Shown here: one piece after another, positions 18,665 through 27,881 of the stretch | Layout of the letters: each line of letters starts with the position of its first letter | Position numbering within the stretch: the stretch's first letter is position 1 | Sequence record: OP729297.1 | DNA: 64,000 nucleotides | Reading direction: 5' to 3' (one strand) | Made by a program: the position numbers and the translations under genes | Notes under the pieces: model-generated | Seen by the model: only the letters and a program-made list of their open reading frames with translations | Told to the model about the DNA's origin: nothing | Databases searched by the model: none

Positions 18665-19139
18665 TTTTTAACCCCTTTGATTTCAATGTTGTCTCAATGC
18701 AGTACCGCAACACTTGGCTCATATTAGTAATGCCAGGCGTGTCGCGCTTTAGAAGTTCTAGCGCATGTCTGGTTTCCATGTCGACCTTAATCATCGGCAG
18801 CAGGACTTCTTTCTGTCCAGGCTGTACCGGTGGGTTGAGCATAGCATCTACCAGAATGTCTAGCCACGTTTGTGCTCTACGTTCGGCGTCTGGGTCATCC
18901 CAGAACGTACCGATAGGTTGCTTACGGTTACCTGCTAACTTCGCTACCACAGCTTCTGCTTTTGCGTGAAGCGTTGTGTGGCAGTCACCGTCTATTGGGA
19001 TTTGTAGCGAAAGCTCGCCTCCCAGTGAGCGGGGAACGGTGTGGTGATAGTGAATCGATCTACTGAACTTCATGCAGATGATACACTGAGATAAATCACC
19101 TTTCGTTACCGCCGGTAGTCGGTTATCGTTGTTAGCCAT
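18597..19139 (-). CDS. HNH endonuclease with possible C-terminal ribbon-helix-helix
   Basis: CIIC..HYHHTVPRSLGG..DCHTTLH; C-terminal IKVDMETRHALELLK..TNMSQVLRYCIE. Confidence 0.7.
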   Translation of the reverse strand: MANNDNRLPAVTKGDLSQCIICMKFSRSIHYHHTVPRSLGGELSLQIPIDGDCHTTLHAKAEAVVAKLAGNRKQPIGTFWDDPDAERRAQTWLDILVDAMLNPPVQPGQKEVLLPMIKVDMETRHALELLKRDTPGITNMSQVLRYCIETTLKSKGLKNGESKSTHSGHQGTRKKRTHLW

Positions 19140-20406
19140 TTGTCCACGGCAGGAACCAGTTCTGCAACTTCACGTCGCCGCCAGTGTGGCGCAGCAACAA
19201 GTTGATAGCTGATTTCTCCATAAGCCAAGCACAATGCACATCGCTGTCCTTCATCACGCCGCGTAACGGCATGGTGGTGAACAGACCGAGCGTGGAACTG
19301 CTTTTTTCATTGAGCATATCGACAATAGGGTTAAGGTAGTCTAACATCGCGTGATCGTTTGAGGTCTTCATCTGGCGATACACGCGCTCTTTGGAGTTGC
19401 TCGCACGGACTTTCGTTTCCATAGAGTCCAGCTTCGCAGTGATATCGTCGATGTTCTCTTGTGTCTCTGTGATTTGTTCACGGAGAGCACGACGAGCTTT
19501 CAGCGACTTCGCCTGCTCCAAAAGCTGATTGAGCTTCTTGAGGTCACGGCGTTCTGCGTTGCGTTCTTTCTGGAGACGTTTGCGTTCTACGAGGGTACCA
19601 TCGAGCATCTTGTGATCCTTCGCGGCTTCTTCTGCCATACCTTTCGCGTCAGACATGCGGAAGAAAAGCAGAAGCTGGTTTTCAAAGATGATACCTAAGT
19701 CTGAACTTGGGGTTGAGTGCAGACCAGCAGTTTCGATTTTGAAACCCATACGCGATAACGACTCAGGACTCATGGCGAGTGTACCGAATCGAGCCATCAC
19801 AGGAAGTTGGACTATCTGAATAGCGTTCTTGAACGTTCTCGGGACTTTGTGTCCGTACGTGTCCTTGAGGCGCTTGAGCACACGACTTGTTTTAGCAGTC
19901 GCAGCATCTTCGCGTTGCTCACGGCGTACAGCTTTGTCATTCGATTCCTGTTCGTAGATCTCTTCCGCAACTTTCTGGAATGAATCCAGATCGGTGCTAC
20001 CGTCTGCGTTCATCTTCACATCGTCGAGCGTTACGACTTTGCGAGACTCAGGCAGATAACCTAGACAAGACTTCGCCAACGACACGTCGGCTTCAAACGA
20101 CTTCACAATCTCACCGAGCTTTTCCATCAGTTCGCGTGGCTTAATACGTTTAGCGGCCACTTGTTCTGACAGGCTTAGGCAGGTGGTGCAGGTTGCGCGT
20201 ACAGAATCACGCAATTGCAGTACATCGGGGTACGACTTATAAGTATTACTCTTTAATGCCTTGGTCAGGTCTGCCAATACAGAGGTCGGCTGACCTAATG
20301 AATCAACAACGTGCTGGCGTTTCAAATTGGTACCTGAACGGAGGGAGGCCAATGTTCCATTAACCTTCTCTAAACCAGCTTTAAGGTTGCTTACCTGATT
20401 TTTCAT
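19132..20406 (-). CDS. Hypothetical coiled-coil protein
   Basis: 424 aa with heptad-like charged helices. Confidence 0.75.
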   Translation of the reverse strand: MKNQVSNLKAGLEKVNGTLASLRSGTNLKRQHVVDSLGQPTSVLADLTKALKSNTYKSYPDVLQLRDSVRATCTTCLSLSEQVAAKRIKPRELMEKLGEIVKSFEADVSLAKSCLGYLPESRKVVTLDDVKMNADGSTDLDSFQKVAEEIYEQESNDKAVRREQREDAATAKTSRVLKRLKDTYGHKVPRTFKNAIQIVQLPVMARFGTLAMSPESLSRMGFKIETAGLHSTPSSDLGIIFENQLLLFFRMSDAKGMAEEAAKDHKMLDGTLVERKRLQKERNAERRDLKKLNQLLEQAKSLKARRALREQITETQENIDDITAKLDSMETKVRASNSKERVYRQMKTSNDHAMLDYLNPIVDMLNEKSSSTLGLFTTMPLRGVMKDSDVHCAWLMEKSAINLLLRHTGGDVKLQNWFLPWTNG

Positions 20407-20679
20407 CTATGGATTTCCAAACTTCATTAAGAGTTGAGGACCATTGTTGCCAGTCCTAGCGACACTTCGAATGCCGATACGATATCATATTAGCATTACT
20501 TGGGTCGATTATAGTATTGCTCTGCCTCAGTTTATATGTCCGAGGTCAGGCGGTTCGGCTTTTTAAGCTCGGTTTATTTTTAATGCCTGAGTGTGATTTT
20601 GCTGTGACGCTACTTTCCTCCAGTTTAAGTTAGGAGCAGGCTGCCTACTTCCCCATAGACAGCACTACTCAACAGTACC

Positions 20680-20735
20680 ATTATATCATATAAGACTATT
20701 CTGATACAACCGCATTTCGTCCAGGAATATGCTTA
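20680..20735 (-). promoter_or_regulatory. Conserved phage promoter P1
   Basis: Minus strand GCA TATTC CTGGAC, 33 nt, TATAAT preceded by TGA. Confidence 0.8.
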
Positions 20736-20753
20736 GTTGTATTTACAGATTTC

Positions 20754-22403
20754 TCAAAGACTTACAGGCATCTTATCGTCTGGAGACTTGAGATAGGCCT
20801 TAACTTTCGCAGCAGTACCAGCAGCGGCATATTTGCCTGGTTCTTTCAGACCGCCTTTGTACTCAGCAATCTCGGCCTTCAGCTCTTTAACTTTTTGGGC
20901 TAATGCTGCACGTTCGAGTCTTGCCAACTTACGAACCTGACGGTCGAGTATGATCTTGGCGCTCTCAAGTTTAATCTTGAAAATCTTCGCCAGCATTTCA
21001 TCAGGGTCTTTAGCCATAAGAACCTTAGGCAGAGCTTTGAGCAACTTGTCCATGTTATCCACAGCCCACAAATATACCTCATTGAGATACAACTGCCGTT
21101 CTGCTTTGGCCAGCTTGTTTTTGAGCATCGCAGTTTCCAGCTTAACGCGATACGCAACCCATGCTTTGAAGTAGTTCACATACGACAGATACATGAACTT
21201 GTTTGAGGCATCAGCACGGCGAACTGTCACACCGAGCGAGTAGTTGATGGCCGACGTTACTTCACGCTGAATCTTGGTGGCGAGTTCATACAATTGGTCT
21301 TCGCTACCACGACACTTGATCGCAAACGCGGCGCCCCACGGGCCTGCGTCTTTGTTCTTCTTCGAGCTGGCGTTTGATGCAGATACAACACCAGGCCATT
21401 CAGCAATCTTCTCCAGCTTCTTAGTGATGGTGGAGTTGTTTGACATACCGCCGGGCACATACGTTTGAATCGTGATCGTCTTCGCCTTCTCGTCGATCTT
21501 CATCTGCGGTTCGTATGTGACTTTACCTCGCCCAGTAGACATGAGCGCCAGATAGTCTTCGTCTGAGCTTACGTCCAAGCAACCGTACTCGTGGTTAACT
21601 TTGAGCGTGTCTGCCAGTTTCTTCGCGCTGTACTCTTTGCCGTTGAGCATATCGCACACGACTTTCGCAACAGACGTAAAGCTGAACGATGGGTTACCGC
21701 ACTTAACGCCGTATGCTGGTGCAGGCACACTACCGTTGAACAACATGTACGGCAGCAGCGCTGGCAGATACAAAGGTATCTTCATATCGTTCGAGAAGTT
21801 GTCTACCATCGGCGTTACTTCTAGGTAGTCAGGGTCAAGCAAGAAGCTACCTGCGAACTTACTCATTTTCGCTTCGGTGTAACGCATCGCAGCGGCAGGT
21901 GCTACAGGGTCGCCCCAGTTACCTTGACCAGCTACAGCAGGAGGCACTGTGTTTGCAATCGTTACCATTGCACCGTAACAGGCTGCATCGCCGTGCGGGT
22001 GATACTTACCTAACGCATCACCAACGGTACGCGCAGACTTCTTGAATGCTCCGCCTGGACGTAAGCCCAAGTCACACAACGACCAAAGTAACGCACGGTG
22101 TACAGGCTTGAGGCCATCACGGTAGTCAGCGATAGCACGGTCTTCAACAACGTAAGAGCCGTACTGGAAGAGAGCGCGTCGTGTGTAGTCAGCGAGGTTC
22201 TCGTCACGAATGAGAGATTCATCTTGACCCAGCATCGGGTACAATGAAGCGCCTGTGCTGGTTGTTGCTACTTCGCCTTTCTTCTTTTTCTTTTTCTGCA
22301 TGTCATCGACAGCAACAGCTTTCGATTTCAACTTGACCTTTGCAGGCTTCGCTACAGCAGTCGATTTCTTTTCGACTTTTACTTTCTTTGGCTTAACTGC
22401 CAT
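20754..22403 (-). CDS. gyrA: Type II topoisomerase subunit A (GyrA/ParC-like, no C-terminal pinwheel)
   Basis: RAIADYRDGLKPVHR, GKYHPHGD, GQGNWG, AAMRYTEAKM (catalytic Tyr); only 549 aa. Confidence 0.95.
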   Translation of the reverse strand: MAVKPKKVKVEKKSTAVAKPAKVKLKSKAVAVDDMQKKKKKKGEVATTSTGASLYPMLGQDESLIRDENLADYTRRALFQYGSYVVEDRAIADYRDGLKPVHRALLWSLCDLGLRPGGAFKKSARTVGDALGKYHPHGDAACYGAMVTIANTVPPAVAGQGNWGDPVAPAAAMRYTEAKMSKFAGSFLLDPDYLEVTPMVDNFSNDMKIPLYLPALLPYMLFNGSVPAPAYGVKCGNPSFSFTSVAKVVCDMLNGKEYSAKKLADTLKVNHEYGCLDVSSDEDYLALMSTGRGKVTYEPQMKIDEKAKTITIQTYVPGGMSNNSTITKKLEKIAEWPGVVSASNASSKKNKDAGPWGAAFAIKCRGSEDQLYELATKIQREVTSAINYSLGVTVRRADASNKFMYLSYVNYFKAWVAYRVKLETAMLKNKLAKAERQLYLNEVYLWAVDNMDKLLKALPKVLMAKDPDEMLAKIFKIKLESAKIILDRQVRKLARLERAALAQKVKELKAEIAEYKGGLKEPGKYAAAGTAAKVKAYLKSPDDKMPVSL

Positions 22404-22723
22404 TACTGTTCCCCTTTGGCAATCGCGTTAATCTTACTGAGCATTGATTGAGGTATATGCAGTTGCACACGCTCAACAGGCTTGTCGTCAACAATACGAT
22501 GCGCAGACACCGTATGACCAGTGCATCCGTACTTGGCGCAAATCTCTTTGCCGACAAGTTCCGGGTTCAACTCGTTGCCGTCTTTATCTTTAACGGACAC
22601 GGTCTCTGGTGGCACATAACTGGTACGCAGATTCTTGAGTCTGTTTTCGAATCGCGGCTCAATAGCGCCCAGATCGATGAAGCGAACTTCGGTGCCGTTC
22701 GACAAGTTCTCTTTCGTGAACAT
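22403..22723 (-). CDS. Hypothetical protein between topoisomerase subunits
   Basis: 106 aa from MFTKE after GGAGG; stop overlaps gyrA ATG. Confidence 0.7.
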   Translation of the reverse strand: MFTKENLSNGTEVRFIDLGAIEPRFENRLKNLRTSYVPPETVSVKDKDGNELNPELVGKEICAKYGCTGHTVSAHRIVDDKPVERVQLHIPQSMLSKINAIAKGEQ

Positions 22724-22724
22724 G

Positions 22725-24755
22725 CTATTCCTCCAGACCCAACAGACGGCGACGATGGACAGCATCTTCTGCCAGCACACCACGGAAGAAACGTTCTTGC
22801 TCAACGCTAGTGAACGGGTTCACACGAATCAAGCGACGAGTCTTCGGATTGAATGAGATCGCTTCGAGCACGTCAGGTTCAACTTCACCCCAACCTTTTG
22901 CACGAACGATTTCTTTATCTTTTACAGCAGACGGTGCTTTCGCTCGGCATTCTTCAAACGTCATGCCGCCGTAGTGAATGCCTTTGTGCATCACGTTATA
23001 CAGCGGAGCATCTACGATCCACACGCGGCCCTCTTTCATCAGGTCAGGCAGCAGACGATAGATAACGCCGAGGAACAACGTTGCGATGTGGAAGCCGTCT
23101 GGGTCAGCATCCATCAGGAACAGCAGGTTGCCGATACGCAGATTCTTCGTGCTTAACTTCGGCGCTTCTGCTTTCGGGTCTAACGATTTCAGGTCAGCAC
23201 CGACAGACACTAACATGCCCTGCACTTCTTTGTGCTTGAGCACGTCAGCCAGTGAGGCTTTCAGACCGTTGAGCGGCTTACCACCAGCAAGCATAACTTC
23301 CTGATAGTCAGGGTTACGTGCGTGTTTCGCAGTACCACCAGCAGAGTCACCTTCTACAACGATAAGCTCACGCTCATGCGGCTTACACTTGAGCGCAGAG
23401 ATCAGGTCAGCTGGGAGTGAGTTACCTTTCAGCTTCTTCTTCGTGTCAGCCATAGACTTCACGACGGCGCTGAGTTCTTCACGTCCCTTGTTCATCGCTT
23501 CGGCGCGTTTGATGATCGTCGTTGCGACCTTCTTATTCTCTTTGAAGTATTTCACGAAAGCGTCTTTCAGCATTTCGTACACTTCTTTTTCGACACGGCT
23601 CGCCAGCTTGTCTTTAACCTGCGAGGTGTACTGAGCACCGTGCATACGCCAGTCGAACATACCAGTCAGGCCGATAAGCAAGTCTTCCTGTTTGAAGCCC
23701 TGCTTCTTCTTGCTCTTACCTTTCTGCTCTTTCATGAAAGGCTTGATTGCTTCGAACAACGCATCGCGGAAACCAACAACATGCCACCCGCCGTCAATCG
23801 TTGGGCTGGTGTTAACGAAAGACAGGAAGTTGTCTGTGTCTGCATGGTCAGTCCATGTCAGCGCAGCGGTGATGTTGTCGTTCTTGAAGATGAACGGCTT
23901 ACCAACTGAGCCAAGCTCGCGTTCTTCAACCATCGTCTTGACAACGTGCACCAAGTCTTTCTTGTTGAGGAAGGTGAACTCTTTGCGCTTGCCTTTCTTG
24001 ATCAACGTCAGGCGCACTTCAAGGCCTGGGTTGAGCATAGACATGTTACGCAGCCATGAGCCAAGCTGTGCTGGGTCTGGGGCAGCGTGACGATAGTTCT
24101 TCGGCAGCTTCTTACCACGCTGTACGTCAGCAGACACAACAGTCTGGTCGAGGGTCCATGCGACAATCGTACCGTACTTGCTGTGTTTCTTTTCACGCAG
24201 CAGACTCATAACATCTTTGTCTACTGCTTTAACCTGTTTCGGGTCTTTGCCAGACTTGGCGACACCGCACTCCCACATCTGATACGCACAACCGCCTTTG
24301 TACATTGACCACACACGCAGGCGACTTGAGATTGCGTTCAGTGCTGCAACGCCTACGCCGTGAGTACCAGCAGAGGTCTTATATGCTTTATCATCGAACT
24401 TACCACCAGCGTGTGCTCGGCTAAACGCTGCGGTCATGATCGTTTCTTTCGAACCGTCTTTCAGTTTCTTGAAGTCGGTCGGAATACCTTTCGCCATATC
24501 GGCAACAACGTTCAGGTCGTTATCGTAGTCAATGACCACTTCGATAAGTTTGTTTCGACCTGCGATGTATTCATCGTAATCGTTATCGACTGGCTCTTTA
24601 ACCGCACGGTAAGCCATATCGGCACCGCGTTCCCCCATGTACATCCCGGGATTTAGACGAATACCATCAAGGCCTTCGGCAATCATGAATCCTTCTTGTT
24701 CGGACCCATCTCCCGTTTTCTTTTTAACTTTGGCAGCTTTAGGCGCTTTGGCCAT
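22725..24755 (-). CDS. gyrB: Type II topoisomerase subunit B (GyrB/ParE-like)
   Basis: GHKL motifs EPVDN, DMAKGIP, HAGGKF, GTHGVG; Toprim VEGDSAGG and DADPDG; KGWGE. Confidence 0.95.
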   Translation of the reverse strand: MAKAPKAAKVKKKTGDGSEQEGFMIAEGLDGIRLNPGMYMGERGADMAYRAVKEPVDNDYDEYIAGRNKLIEVVIDYDNDLNVVADMAKGIPTDFKKLKDGSKETIMTAAFSRAHAGGKFDDKAYKTSAGTHGVGVAALNAISSRLRVWSMYKGGCAYQMWECGVAKSGKDPKQVKAVDKDVMSLLREKKHSKYGTIVAWTLDQTVVSADVQRGKKLPKNYRHAAPDPAQLGSWLRNMSMLNPGLEVRLTLIKKGKRKEFTFLNKKDLVHVVKTMVEERELGSVGKPFIFKNDNITAALTWTDHADTDNFLSFVNTSPTIDGGWHVVGFRDALFEAIKPFMKEQKGKSKKKQGFKQEDLLIGLTGMFDWRMHGAQYTSQVKDKLASRVEKEVYEMLKDAFVKYFKENKKVATTIIKRAEAMNKGREELSAVVKSMADTKKKLKGNSLPADLISALKCKPHERELIVVEGDSAGGTAKHARNPDYQEVMLAGGKPLNGLKASLADVLKHKEVQGMLVSVGADLKSLDPKAEAPKLSTKNLRIGNLLFLMDADPDGFHIATLFLGVIYRLLPDLMKEGRVWIVDAPLYNVMHKGIHYGGMTFEECRAKAPSAVKDKEIVRAKGWGEVEPDVLEAISFNPKTRRLIRVNPFTSVEQERFFRGVLAEDAVHRRRLLGLEE

Positions 24756-24829
24756 TTTCGTATTCTCCTGAGTGAGTATCGTGTGGACTACTCGATATTA
24801 GCAATTTCAGACACTGCTTGTCTGACGCT

Positions 24830-24883
24830 ATTATATCACATAAGACTATTCTTATATACCCGCAATCTGTCCAGTTATTTGCA
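24830..24883 (-). promoter_or_regulatory. Conserved phage promoter P2 (upstream of gyrB)
   Basis: GCA AATAA CTGGAC, 33 nt, TATAAT preceded by TGA; followed by hairpin TCAGACA-AGCAG-TGTCTGA. Confidence 0.8.
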
Positions 24884-24892
24884 GAGTTTGAA

Positions 24893-25630
24893 TTAGGTAC
24901 GGCGCAGCAGATAGCCCTTAATAAGAGAGCGCATAGTGTGCTCGTGCGCAGTCTTTTCAATACCCCATGCGCCTGCAAGACTAAGCAGTTCTTCCTTAGT
25001 CAGGAGGTCAACTTCTTTGAGGGCGGCATGGTTAGGAAGGCTTTCGAAGCGTTTAACCATTTCGCCAACAACATCGACGAGTCTGACAGGAACATCAGGG
25101 TTAAGACCGTAGTGTTCACACAGAGCTTCCTGCAATTGCTCCGCATCCATGTCAGCAGCTTTGCCTTTTGTACCAAGACCTTCATCTGCAAACATCTGCA
25201 CCAGAGTGGCTTTGTCCGCACAAAGAATTGAGGTGCGCAGATTATCCAGCTCCTGTATGTCGAGATCTTCGTCATCCATTTCAGGCACAGGCTGGGATTC
25301 GTCACGCGTCAGGCTGCGGTACTCGGCATACACATCTTTATCCTGAGTGAACGGATAATCGTCTTGCATACCATTAGCAACCCACTGCTCGGCAGTTTGC
25401 AGATACTGGCCATACGTTATCAGCTCCTGACCAGTCAGACCTTCGATCAGCTTTGCTTCCATCAAAGATGCTTTGCTTACCAGTACGCACTGGAGTGCCT
25501 GGAGTTGTGTGCTGAAACTTACGACACACAAGTAACGGTCACTAACAGGCAGGACGCGGTACATTTGCTCACGGATTTTTTCCATGAGATTAAAATAGCG
25601 GTTGATTTGTTCAGACAGTTTCTGAGTCAT
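24893..25630 (-). CDS. Hypothetical protein with repeated helical module(s)
   Basis: Contains DKATLVQMFADEGLGTKGKAADMDAEQLQEALCEHYG; start MTQKL. Confidence 0.7.
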   Translation of the reverse strand: MTQKLSEQINRYFNLMEKIREQMYRVLPVSDRYLCVVSFSTQLQALQCVLVSKASLMEAKLIEGLTGQELITYGQYLQTAEQWVANGMQDDYPFTQDKDVYAEYRSLTRDESQPVPEMDDEDLDIQELDNLRTSILCADKATLVQMFADEGLGTKGKAADMDAEQLQEALCEHYGLNPDVPVRLVDVVGEMVKRFESLPNHAALKEVDLLTKEELLSLAGAWGIEKTAHEHTMRSLIKGYLLRRT

Positions 25631-26096
25631 GATCGCAATCCCCATTGCAGACGTGTTTAGTTTCGATATGCAGCACTTGAGGCTGAGTGAGAAGTTTGAA
25701 GCCACCAGCGTGGTCAATCAGGTTGCGACACTCACGCTCCAATGCTTCTCGTTGAGCATGTTCCATAACAACAATACGGAACGCTTCGACACATGCAGGG
25801 AGGTCGTTACGGAGCTTGACGTCATTCAGCAGGCCGTTATCGGATGCAGGTATTTGACCCATGCAAATTTCAGCCCAATACTTCTCTGCCTTATCGAGAG
25901 CTTGTTTCAGCAGAGGTTCATTGACGGCATTTGAGATCACGTTAGCAGCACACAGCGTTTTGAGAGAACGAGCAAGACGAGCACCAGCTTCAAGGCGTAG
26001 CGTCATCAGATCGTAATAGGAAGGTTTTTCTGGAGCTTGTTTTGACGGTCGAGTATCGTCAGGCAGGTCGTCGTTAAGCAGATGTTCGGCAGACAT
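25611..26096 (-). CDS. Hypothetical protein
   Basis: 161-aa ORF after GAGGT. Confidence 0.7.
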   Translation of the reverse strand: MSAEHLLNDDLPDDTRPSKQAPEKPSYYDLMTLRLEAGARLARSLKTLCAANVISNAVNEPLLKQALDKAEKYWAEICMGQIPASDNGLLNDVKLRNDLPACVEAFRIVVMEHAQREALERECRNLIDHAGGFKLLTQPQVLHIETKHVCNGDCDHDSETV

Positions 26097-26123
26097 GGCA
26101 TTACCTCAAAAATTCGTGCAGAT

Positions 26124-26160
26124 AAGACAAAAGGGCAAACGCTCGTCAGCGCTGCCCTTT
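26124..26160 (-). terminator. Rho-independent terminator
   Basis: Minus strand AAAGGGCAGCGCT-GACG-AGCGTTTGCCCTTT then TGTCTT, just after the H1-like gene. Confidence 0.75.
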
Positions 26161-26193
26161 CGATCAAGTGACCGCTAGTGCGCGATTACTTGC

Positions 26194-26712
26194 TTATTCC
26201 ATTTCGAAGTCGAAGTCTTCTTCTTGTTTTTTCTGCTTGCCGCCTTTGGCTTTTTTATCGCCTTTCACTTTCTTGGCAGCTTTGTCTGCTTTAGCAGGCT
26301 TAGCGGATTTTTCGGCTTTAGCTTTTTTATCAGCTTTGGCTGGCTTTTCAGCTTTCGCTTTTTTGTCTGCTTTAGCAGGCTTAGCGGCTTTCTCAGCTTT
26401 AGCAGGTTTTTCTGCTTTAGCTTTCTTGCCAGCTTTTTCAGCTTTAGCAGGCTTCTCAGCTTTTGCTTTCTTAGCAGCTTTTTCTGCTTTAGCAGGCTTA
26501 GCGGCTTTCTCAGCTTTCGCTGGTTTAGCAGCTTTAGCTGGAGCAGCACCGTCAGCAGACAGAGCTTCAACCTGAGCGGTCAGACCGGCGCGGCGCTGTG
26601 CGATCGCTTCGGCTTCTTTAGTCAGGCTGGCAGCAGTTTTAACCAGATTTTTTTCAGATTTGTCCAGGGCACGGATTTCTTTGTTCAGGCCGCTGATTGC
26701 TTTCTTAGACAT
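26194..26712 (-). CDS. Histone H1-like / AlgP-like basic repeat protein
   Basis: N-terminal coiled coil, then about eight KPAKA(E/D)K repeats, acidic tail EEDFDFEME. Confidence 0.8.
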   Translation of the reverse strand: MSKKAISGLNKEIRALDKSEKNLVKTAASLTKEAEAIAQRRAGLTAQVEALSADGAAPAKAAKPAKAEKAAKPAKAEKAAKKAKAEKPAKAEKAGKKAKAEKPAKAEKAAKPAKADKKAKAEKPAKADKKAKAEKSAKPAKADKAAKKVKGDKKAKGGKQKKQEEDFDFEME

Positions 26713-26792
26713 ACGATTTCCTTACTTTGTTTTTGATGCGGCGTTTTCACCGCTGGATGAAAAGATAAATTTGTTCAGGTTTGTTTCCCTGT

Positions 26793-26827
26793 AGACGTAC
26801 ATTATTATATTCAACATACGTCTGCAA
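26793..26827 (-). promoter_or_regulatory. Sigma70-like promoter overlapped by an inverted repeat
   Basis: TTGCAG-17 nt-TAATGT; arms AGACGTA (26793-26799) and TACGTCT (26817-26823). Confidence 0.5.
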
Positions 26828-26928
26828 GGAATTTTGAAACTTTTTACAAAAATATTCGAAAAGTTTTCTCGAATATTTGCCCCTCGCTCATTCACAGAGA
26901 ACTAGAGGGGCGCGCCGGTCAGAAGATA

Positions 26929-27732
26929 TTACTCGTCGTCTTCGTCTTCGTCTTCATCGTCGAAGTCTTCGTCGTCTTCGTCTTCATCTTCGTCTTCGTC
27001 GTCTTCACCGCCGAAGTGACTTTCGCAGAGTTCGCGCAGTTCATCTTCGTCCATCTTCTTCGCCTTTTTGGCGGTGGCCAGCTTGTGTTCGATTACCAGG
27101 GCGCGAAGTTCATCTTCGTCGAGAGAGTCGAGGTCGAGTTCGTCATCTTCGTCCTCGTCTTCATCTTCGTCGTCTTCTTCGTCTTCGTCGTCCTCTTCAT
27201 CTTCATCTTCGTCGTCGCCGTCTTCGTCGTCTTCGTCGTCCTCTTCATCAGAGTCTTCGTCGTCTTCGTCTTCGTCGTCGCCGTCTTCATCTTCGTCGTC
27301 CGAGTCGTCTTCGTCCTCGTCTTCGTCGTCCTCTTCTTCGTCTTCGTCCTCTTCGGACTCGCCGCCCAGGTTATCGTTCAGCAGTTCGCGCAGTTCATCT
27401 TCGTCCAGCGCTTTCGCTTTCTTAGCGGTAGACAGCTTGGCTTTGACAACTGCTTCGCGCAGAGTGTCTTCATCGACGCCGGAGATATCCAGTTCGTCTT
27501 CTTCTTTCACAGCAGCGACGATTTCAGCGACGGTTGGTGCCTTAGGCTTTTTGCCTTTAGCAGCTTTACCGCCTTTGTCAGCTTTAACAACTTTGCCACC
27601 AGACACGGTCAGGCCGGCAGAGGTGAGCAGCGCGGCGATTTCTTTGTCGGTCGCGTTTTCCACTACAACACCCAGCATTTTAGCCAGAACCAGAGATGCG
27701 GTGTTAACGGTTGCTTTAGCAGCTTTAGCCAT
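26929..27732 (-). CDS. Basic N-terminus / polyacidic protein with two copies of the ~45-aa module
   Basis: K/A-rich first ~70 aa; module copies at ~27361-27495 and ~27007-27141; long D/E tracts. Confidence 0.8.
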   Translation of the reverse strand: MAKAAKATVNTASLVLAKMLGVVVENATDKEIAALLTSAGLTVSGGKVVKADKGGKAAKGKKPKAPTVAEIVAAVKEEDELDISGVDEDTLREAVVKAKLSTAKKAKALDEDELRELLNDNLGGESEEDEDEEEDDEDEDEDDSDDEDEDGDDEDEDDEDSDEEDDEDDEDGDDEDEDEEDDEDEEDDEDEDEDEDDELDLDSLDEDELRALVIEHKLATAKKAKKMDEDELRELCESHFGGEDDEDEDEDEDDEDFDDEDEDEDDE

Positions 27733-27779
27733 GATATTTATTTCCTGTTTGATTAGAAGCGATGTTGCTTCAATTAAGA

Positions 27780-27847
27780 TTTACAGATTTCGAGAGACAG
27801 GCAGCGAGAACATTTTATCTCGCTGCATACTTAATGTTTACAGATTT
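27780..27847 (-). promoter_or_regulatory. Tandem AAATCTGTAAA motifs (candidate second promoter class) flanking a hairpin
   Basis: Copies at 27780-27790 and 27837-27847 around GCAGCGAGA-TAAAATGT-TCTCGCTGC. Confidence 0.5.
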
Positions 27848-27881
27848 CAGAAAGTCAGTTAAAAGTCTTCGTCAGACTTTA

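Noticed and set aside
26280-26545. Tandem DNA repeats resembling a CRISPR array or VNTR
   Set aside because: In-frame KPAKAEK coding repeats with no unique spacers and no cas genes
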